NCBI GenBank assembly: GCA_903884535.1
Contig: CAISEZ010000050.1
Location: 16,600 to 80,599, forward strand
DNA length: 64,000 nt
Direction: 5' to 3'
DNA from: an uncultured Verrucomicrobia subdivision 3 bacterium
Lineage (GTDB): Bacteria; Verrucomicrobiota; Verrucomicrobiia; Limisphaerales; UBA11358
Part shown: positions 59,871-64,000 of the stretch, one piece after another
How the letters are laid out: each line of letters starts with the position of its first letter
Position numbering within the stretch: the stretch's first letter is position 1
Notes under the pieces: model-generated
Database searches by the model: none
The model's input: the letters and a program-made list of their open reading frames with translations, nothing else
What the model was told of the DNA's origin: nothing
Position numbers and translations under genes: made by a program

Positions 59871-62103
59871 ATTTGTTCTGCCACGGCACCTCGTAGATCC
59901 GCACCTGGCTCTTGATGCCTTTCACGGTGACCGGAAATAGCTCCGTGCAGGTGGATGCCAGCTCCGGCGCATGCCGCAGCAGATGATAATACGTCGTGTC
60001 GCTGATGATGATGCGGCCGCTGCCGGAAACGCCTTCCAGCCGGCTGGCCAGATTCACCTCGCGGCCAAACACGGTATAATTGAAACCGTGCGCGTCCGAA
60101 CCCATCAAGCCGACGGTAACCAAACCGGTGTTAATGCCCGTGCCGAGTTGCAGCGCGATGTGCAGCGGCCGGGGCGGTTGGCCGGCGGCGGCGCGCGTCT
60201 GGTTCTCGATTTCGCGCGCCGGATTTTCGGCGAGCCGTTTTTCGTTCAGCGCCAGAATCGCCCGCTGCGCGTCAATCGCGGCTTGCACGCAGGCGAGCGC
60301 GTGTTTTTCGTTCGGCGTTGGCGCGTTCCAAAACGCCATCACGCAGTCGCCGATGTATTTGTCCAGCGTGCCCTCGTTTTTTTTCACCGCCTCGGCCACG
60401 GTGGCGAGGTAGAGGTTGACGATCTCCAAGGTTTCACGCGCGGACTCCTCGAAATATTTTTCCGCCACGGCATTGTCCATTTCGTGCGTGCGGACAAATT
60501 CCGCGACCTGTTCCTGCATCTGGTCCGTCAGCGTGGTGAAGCCGCGCACGTCGGCGAAAAAAATCGTGATTTCCCGGTGCTTGCCGCCCAGCTCCAGTTT
60601 GTCGGCGCTCAACAATTCATTCACGACGTTCGGCGAAACCAGCTTGGAAAAAACCGATTTGACGCGGCGTTTGTCCTGTTCCTCGAACACGACGCGATGA
60701 ATCAGCAGCAATCCATGCAGCGTCAGCATGGCGCCGGCGAGCGGATACACCACCGGCAGCCACCAGCGAAATTGAATGAACAGAAGAATGGTTGCGCCAA
60801 AATACGCCGTCATCAACAACGCAACCGCAATGCTGCCGGCGACCGCGCGCAGTTGCCAGGTGAGCAGCGCCGTGGCCGCGCCGAGAAAAAGGATGAGCGC
60901 CATTTCCAGCGGCAAAGACGCGCGGTGGATGAATTGCCCGGTGATGATGGAGTTGGCGACGTTCCAATGTTTGCTGACGAGCAGTGTGTCGTTCTCCAGC
61001 GGCGTCGCGCCGTGGTCGCTCAAGTCGTTGCCCTGCGCCGCCGAGCCGATGACAACGAGCTTGCCGCGAAAATCGTCGCGCAAGCCGTTCGTCTGGCCGA
61101 GCAGTCGCAGCTTGTCCTGCTTGAGCACGGCTTCCACCGGCGCCCGCACGAGGCCGGCGTTGGTCGCGGACAACTGCCAGTTGATGTAAAAATAACCTTT
61201 GGCATCAACCGGAATCGTGCGGGAAATACTGTTGTCGCCGCGCAAAATAATTTTTCCGTGCGGCAAATCCACCTCGGCGCGGTCCAGATTTAATTTTAAT
61301 TCCTGCGCGGCCATGACGATGCCCAAATCCCAGACGCGCGTGAACGGTTTGGCGTGTCGTTGCCAGCCGGGCGGAATATTTTCGCCGACGAAATCTGCGA
61401 GGTCGAAATTTCCAACTTGATCCAGCGCCACGGTGAGGTCCTTGCCGTCAGGAGCCGACAGCAGAATTTTATCCGGCTCGATGCGGGCCGAGGCCAGATC
61501 AATGCCCATTTGGCGCGCGGCGGATTTGAAAGCCGGATGCCAGTTCAGATTGAAACTTTTGATGCGGCGCAAAACGCCATCAGCATCTTTTTCGGTGGAG
61601 ATGTCGCCGAGCGCGAGGCTGTTGGTCGCAAATAAATCGGGCGGCGTCACGTCGGCGGTGAAGGCGGCGATGACGTTGCCGGCGCGGCGTGTTTGCAGCG
61701 CGAAAAAATCGTCGGATTCAATGAGTCGGCCGTCGGCCATTTGGACCGGGGCATGGTCGGGGCGCAGTTCGCCAAACAGCACGTCGAACGCAATGACCTC
61801 GGCACCCTGCGCGGATAATTCTTCGACGAGCCGTCCGTAAACATGGTGCGGCCAGTAAAGTCCGTAGGGTTTTCCCAGCAGTTTGTGGCGGATGGCCGCA
61901 ATACTGGAATCTTCCATCGCGACAAAGGCCAAGTTGGTGACGGCGGGCGATACAAATGACTGGGCGGCCCGGACGCGAAAATCGTAGGTCATCAACTCCA
62001 GCCGGTTCGCAAAATCGGGATGCCAGAGACGGACACCGCAAACCCAGGCGAGGACGAGGAGCGCGAGAATGACGGGCGCGCGTTTGGGTCGCTTGAATTG
62101 CAC
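59869..62103 (-). CDS. CHASE2 sensor domain-containing class III adenylate/guanylate cyclase
   Basis: N-terminal TM + CHASE2 periplasmic region, three TM helices, cyclase core (ITIFFADVRGFTTL, KYIGDCVMAFWNAP, YTVFGREVNLASRLE). Confidence 0.9.
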   Translation of the reverse strand: MQFKRPKRAPVILALLVLAWVCGVRLWHPDFANRLELMTYDFRVRAAQSFVSPAVTNLAFVAMEDSSIAAIRHKLLGKPYGLYWPHHVYGRLVEELSAQGAEVIAFDVLFGELRPDHAPVQMADGRLIESDDFFALQTRRAGNVIAAFTADVTPPDLFATNSLALGDISTEKDADGVLRRIKSFNLNWHPAFKSAARQMGIDLASARIEPDKILLSAPDGKDLTVALDQVGNFDLADFVGENIPPGWQRHAKPFTRVWDLGIVMAAQELKLNLDRAEVDLPHGKIILRGDNSISRTIPVDAKGYFYINWQLSATNAGLVRAPVEAVLKQDKLRLLGQTNGLRDDFRGKLVVIGSAAQGNDLSDHGATPLENDTLLVSKHWNVANSIITGQFIHRASLPLEMALILFLGAATALLTWQLRAVAGSIAVALLMTAYFGATILLFIQFRWWLPVVYPLAGAMLTLHGLLLIHRVVFEEQDKRRVKSVFSKLVSPNVVNELLSADKLELGGKHREITIFFADVRGFTTLTDQMQEQVAEFVRTHEMDNAVAEKYFEESARETLEIVNLYLATVAEAVKKNEGTLDKYIGDCVMAFWNAPTPNEKHALACVQAAIDAQRAILALNEKRLAENPAREIENQTRAAAGQPPRPLHIALQLGTGINTGLVTVGLMGSDAHGFNYTVFGREVNLASRLEGVSGSGRIIISDTTYYHLLRHAPELASTCTELFPVTVKGIKSQVRIYEVPWQNK

Positions 62104-62118
62104 GCCGTTGAATTAAAC

Positions 62119-62155
62119 GAAAAACCAGCGCAACTCAAGGCCACGCTGGTTTTTT
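62119..62155. terminator. Hairpin with flanking A/T runs between the FecR-like gene and the cyclase gene (attenuator/terminator candidate)
   Basis: aaaaaccagcg-caactcaaggcca-cgctggttttt; 8-bp stem. Confidence 0.4.
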
Positions 62156-62172
62156 GAAATACTCAAGCGAGC

Positions 62173-63015
62173 TTATTTTGGAGTGAGGATGATGCCGCCA
62201 CCCCGGGTGGTTGAGACATAATTTCCGGTGTGGTCAAAGGAAAAGTCCACCACCTGCTGATAAATCGTGCGCACGGCGGCAAATATTTTTTGCAGCACCT
62301 GCATGTCTTGCGGGGTCAGGTTTACGGGAGAACCGCCGCCGCCAGCGGGATTAAATTGAAAACCGGGGGCGATCAGGAGGGTTTGGGTCACGCCGCTGGG
62401 CGTGGTCAGCGATAGCACGAGGCCGCTGTTTTGATGGCTTTCAAAAACCGCCGTGTAGCCGTCCACGCTGATGCTGAACAACGTCCCGCGCACGCCGGCA
62501 ACGCCGGTCGGAATTTTAACGATGTATTGGGAGGCACCGGAAAGTTTTTTGACGCTGGCAAAAATTTTGCCCTGAGTCAGGTTGATTTCCGTGTCGCCCA
62601 CGGAGTCCGCTCCGGTGTCAATGATGGTCAGTTTGTCAATCGCCAGCGTGCTGTCCGGCACCAAGCGGACCACGTTTTGCTCGGCGGAAGGTTTGTAGGA
62701 GACCAAGCCGCGCACGGGTGAATCAGCCGCCGGTGAGATGCGATCCGGACGCCAGTCAGCCTGCGGCAGCGCGATGGCTTTGCCGAGAATCACGTCCACG
62801 ATGCCATTGTAACCGGTGTGAATTTGCGAGCCGGGTGGAAGATGTTCCCCCGCGACGAGCGGAATCCAATTTTTCCCGCCGTCCAAGGAATAGCTGGCAA
62901 TGCCCTCAACGCGGATGACCGTGCCCACGCCCTGCGACGTGGTCTGCGCGGAGGCTGTCATCGCCGCAACCGCCCCGCACATTACCGCGATAAAAATTTT
63001 CTGTAGTTTTTTCAT
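62173..63015 (-). CDS. FecR-domain secreted protein
   Basis: Signal peptide; GTVIRVEGIASYSL...LVAGEHLPPGSQIHTG resembles FecR-domain proteins. These are commonly found upstream of CHASE2 proteins. Confidence 0.65.
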   Translation of the reverse strand: MKKLQKIFIAVMCGAVAAMTASAQTTSQGVGTVIRVEGIASYSLDGGKNWIPLVAGEHLPPGSQIHTGYNGIVDVILGKAIALPQADWRPDRISPAADSPVRGLVSYKPSAEQNVVRLVPDSTLAIDKLTIIDTGADSVGDTEINLTQGKIFASVKKLSGASQYIVKIPTGVAGVRGTLFSISVDGYTAVFESHQNSGLVLSLTTPSGVTQTLLIAPGFQFNPAGGGGSPVNLTPQDMQVLQKIFAAVRTIYQQVVDFSFDHTGNYVSTTRGGGIILTPK

Positions 63016-63090
63016 ATAAGCCTTTTACGTCACTTTGAAACTGAAGCCAATATAGTCGGCGACCGTCAAAGTTGTCAACCAGCTTTTCAC

Positions 63091-64000
63091 TCAATAATCG
63101 GCCGGTAATTGCGGCTGCCCGGACGCCTGGCCGGTCAATTTCATTTCGCAAATTCGCAGGTAATTTTGGGCGATTTCATTGTTTAAGTAGGCCAGTTGAA
63201 GCGACCGGACGAACCATTGCCGCGCGGCGGCATAATCGTGGGTCTGCACAAAATGCCAGCCGATGTTGGCCACCATGTAATAGCCGTTCGGGTCCAACGG
63301 CTCGGCCCGCCAATAAAAACCCTCCGCCTCGGCGTGCCGACCGAGCCAATCCAGACACATGCCGGTGCGCAAAAAACTGTAGCCGTCATGCGGATCCAGT
63401 TTCGCGGCGGTGGCATACCAGCCCAGCGCCTGTTGCGCGAGCGGGGCGTAATTTCCCCCGCCGTCGAGGCTTTGAGTGCGAAAACATTCGCCGATTTCAT
63501 ACGCCGTCGCAAAATTTTTTGGCTCGCCGGCGAACGCTTTTTCCAGCGCCGCGGCCCGTTCCGGCGAAAAATTCGGCAACCGTTCCGCCACCGCCAGCCG
63601 GTGCGTCTCCCGGCCGAGCCGCCAGTCTTGCGCGGCAAAATAAACGATTGCCGCCGCCAGCACGCCGGTCAATCCGAACTTCAGCGGCGCGCCGACGCGA
63701 ACCCAGTGCTGCTCGGTGGCGAACCGCAGATTGCTCGCCACCAGCGCCAGCAGCGTCACGCCCAGCAGGGCATTCGCCGGAATGTGCAGGTTGAAATCCA
63801 CGAACGAGTGGACCGTCAGTGCCGTCAGCGCGCCGGCCGCGCCGAGAAAAAAAGCGAAGCGATTGCTTTGGCCGTGGCCAAAATCCTTGGCCTCGCGCCG
63901 GACATGCGGCCAGGTTTTGGCGAGGCCGAAAATAAAAACTCCCAGGCCGGAGAAAACAATCGCGCCGCCGACCGCGCCCCAGTCCGCCAGCAGGTTCAAA
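63091..64000 (-). CDS. O-antigen-ligase-like membrane protein C-terminal part with TPR-like tail (5' end outside the window)
   Basis: The reading frame is open to the window edge. TM helices are followed by helical repeats (GWYATAAKLDPHDGYSFLRTGMCLDWLGRHAEAEGFYWRAEPLDPN). The M given by the track at 63999 is a TTG and is probably internal. Confidence 0.55.
   Translation of the reverse strand, partial: LNLLADWGAVGGAIVFSGLGVFIFGLAKTWPHVRREAKDFGHGQSNRFAFFLGAAGALTALTVHSFVDFNLHIPANALLGVTLLALVASNLRFATEQHWVRVGAPLKFGLTGVLAAAIVYFAAQDWRLGRETHRLAVAERLPNFSPERAAALEKAFAGEPKNFATAYEIGECFRTQSLDGGGNYAPLAQQALGWYATAAKLDPHDGYSFLRTGMCLDWLGRHAEAEGFYWRAEPLDPNGYYMVANIGWHFVQTHDYAAARQWFVRSLQLAYLNNEIAQNYLRICEMKLTGQASGQPQLPADY

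Overview
High-GC chromosomal segment. The protein flavour and repeat style look PVC/Verrucomicrobia-like, but that is inference only. I call about 64 protein genes and found no rRNA, tRNA or CRISPR array.

Gene content, left to right:
- 1-11.1 kb: a glycan locus built around a complete GDP-D-glycero-D-manno-heptose route (gmhA, hddA-like, gmhB, hddC-like). It also carries four tailoring oxidoreductases, a transaldolase, GT2/GT4 glycosyltransferases, an FkbM methyltransferase and a stand-alone ADP-heptose adenylyltransferase.
- 11.1-15.6 kb: a 1475-aa GH13 + amylo-1,6-glucosidase fusion.
- 15.6-18.2 kb: a TPR/MshEN protein plus an orphan PilB/GspE ATPase.
- 19.4-23.0 kb: an NfeD-SPFH-TPR membrane protein-FmdB operon.
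- 23.0-32.7 kb: trpE, a secreted GH2, a secreted EEP-domain protein, a lipoate-ligase-family gene and nth.
- 32.9-38.2 kb: a four-gene operon of unknown function (FmdB zinc ribbon, secreted protein, KamA-type radical SAM aminomutase, 764-aa EF-hand membrane protein).
- 38.3-43.5 kb: a coiled-coil anchor protein, a SurA-like PPIase, serA and an orphan sigma54 response regulator.
- 43.5-45.0 kb: an AT-rich three-gene ORFan islet sitting directly upstream of rpmH-rnpA-yidD-yidC-jag.
- 48.7-55.9 kb: a hexuronate-type catabolic cluster whose MFS transporter has a DUF805 module nested in its central loop.
- 54.3-54.9 kb: a higB/truncated-higA cassette bracketed by 44-bp direct repeats that duplicate the 3' end of the neighbouring dehydrogenase gene.
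- 55.9-64.0 kb: fabH-plsX-rpmF-yceD-coaD, a FecR + CHASE2 class-III cyclase pair, and a partial O-antigen-ligase/TPR gene.

The most pervasive unexplained signal is non-coding. Short arrays of 4-5 tandem heptanucleotides, often arranged as inverted arms of hairpins, fill intercistronic gaps exactly from stop codon to start codon. They also occur in frame inside the GH13-GDE gene. Several other palindromic repeat families sit at gene boundaries.

Several start codons were re-picked relative to the ORF track. All functional calls rest on motifs read by eye. No database search was possible.
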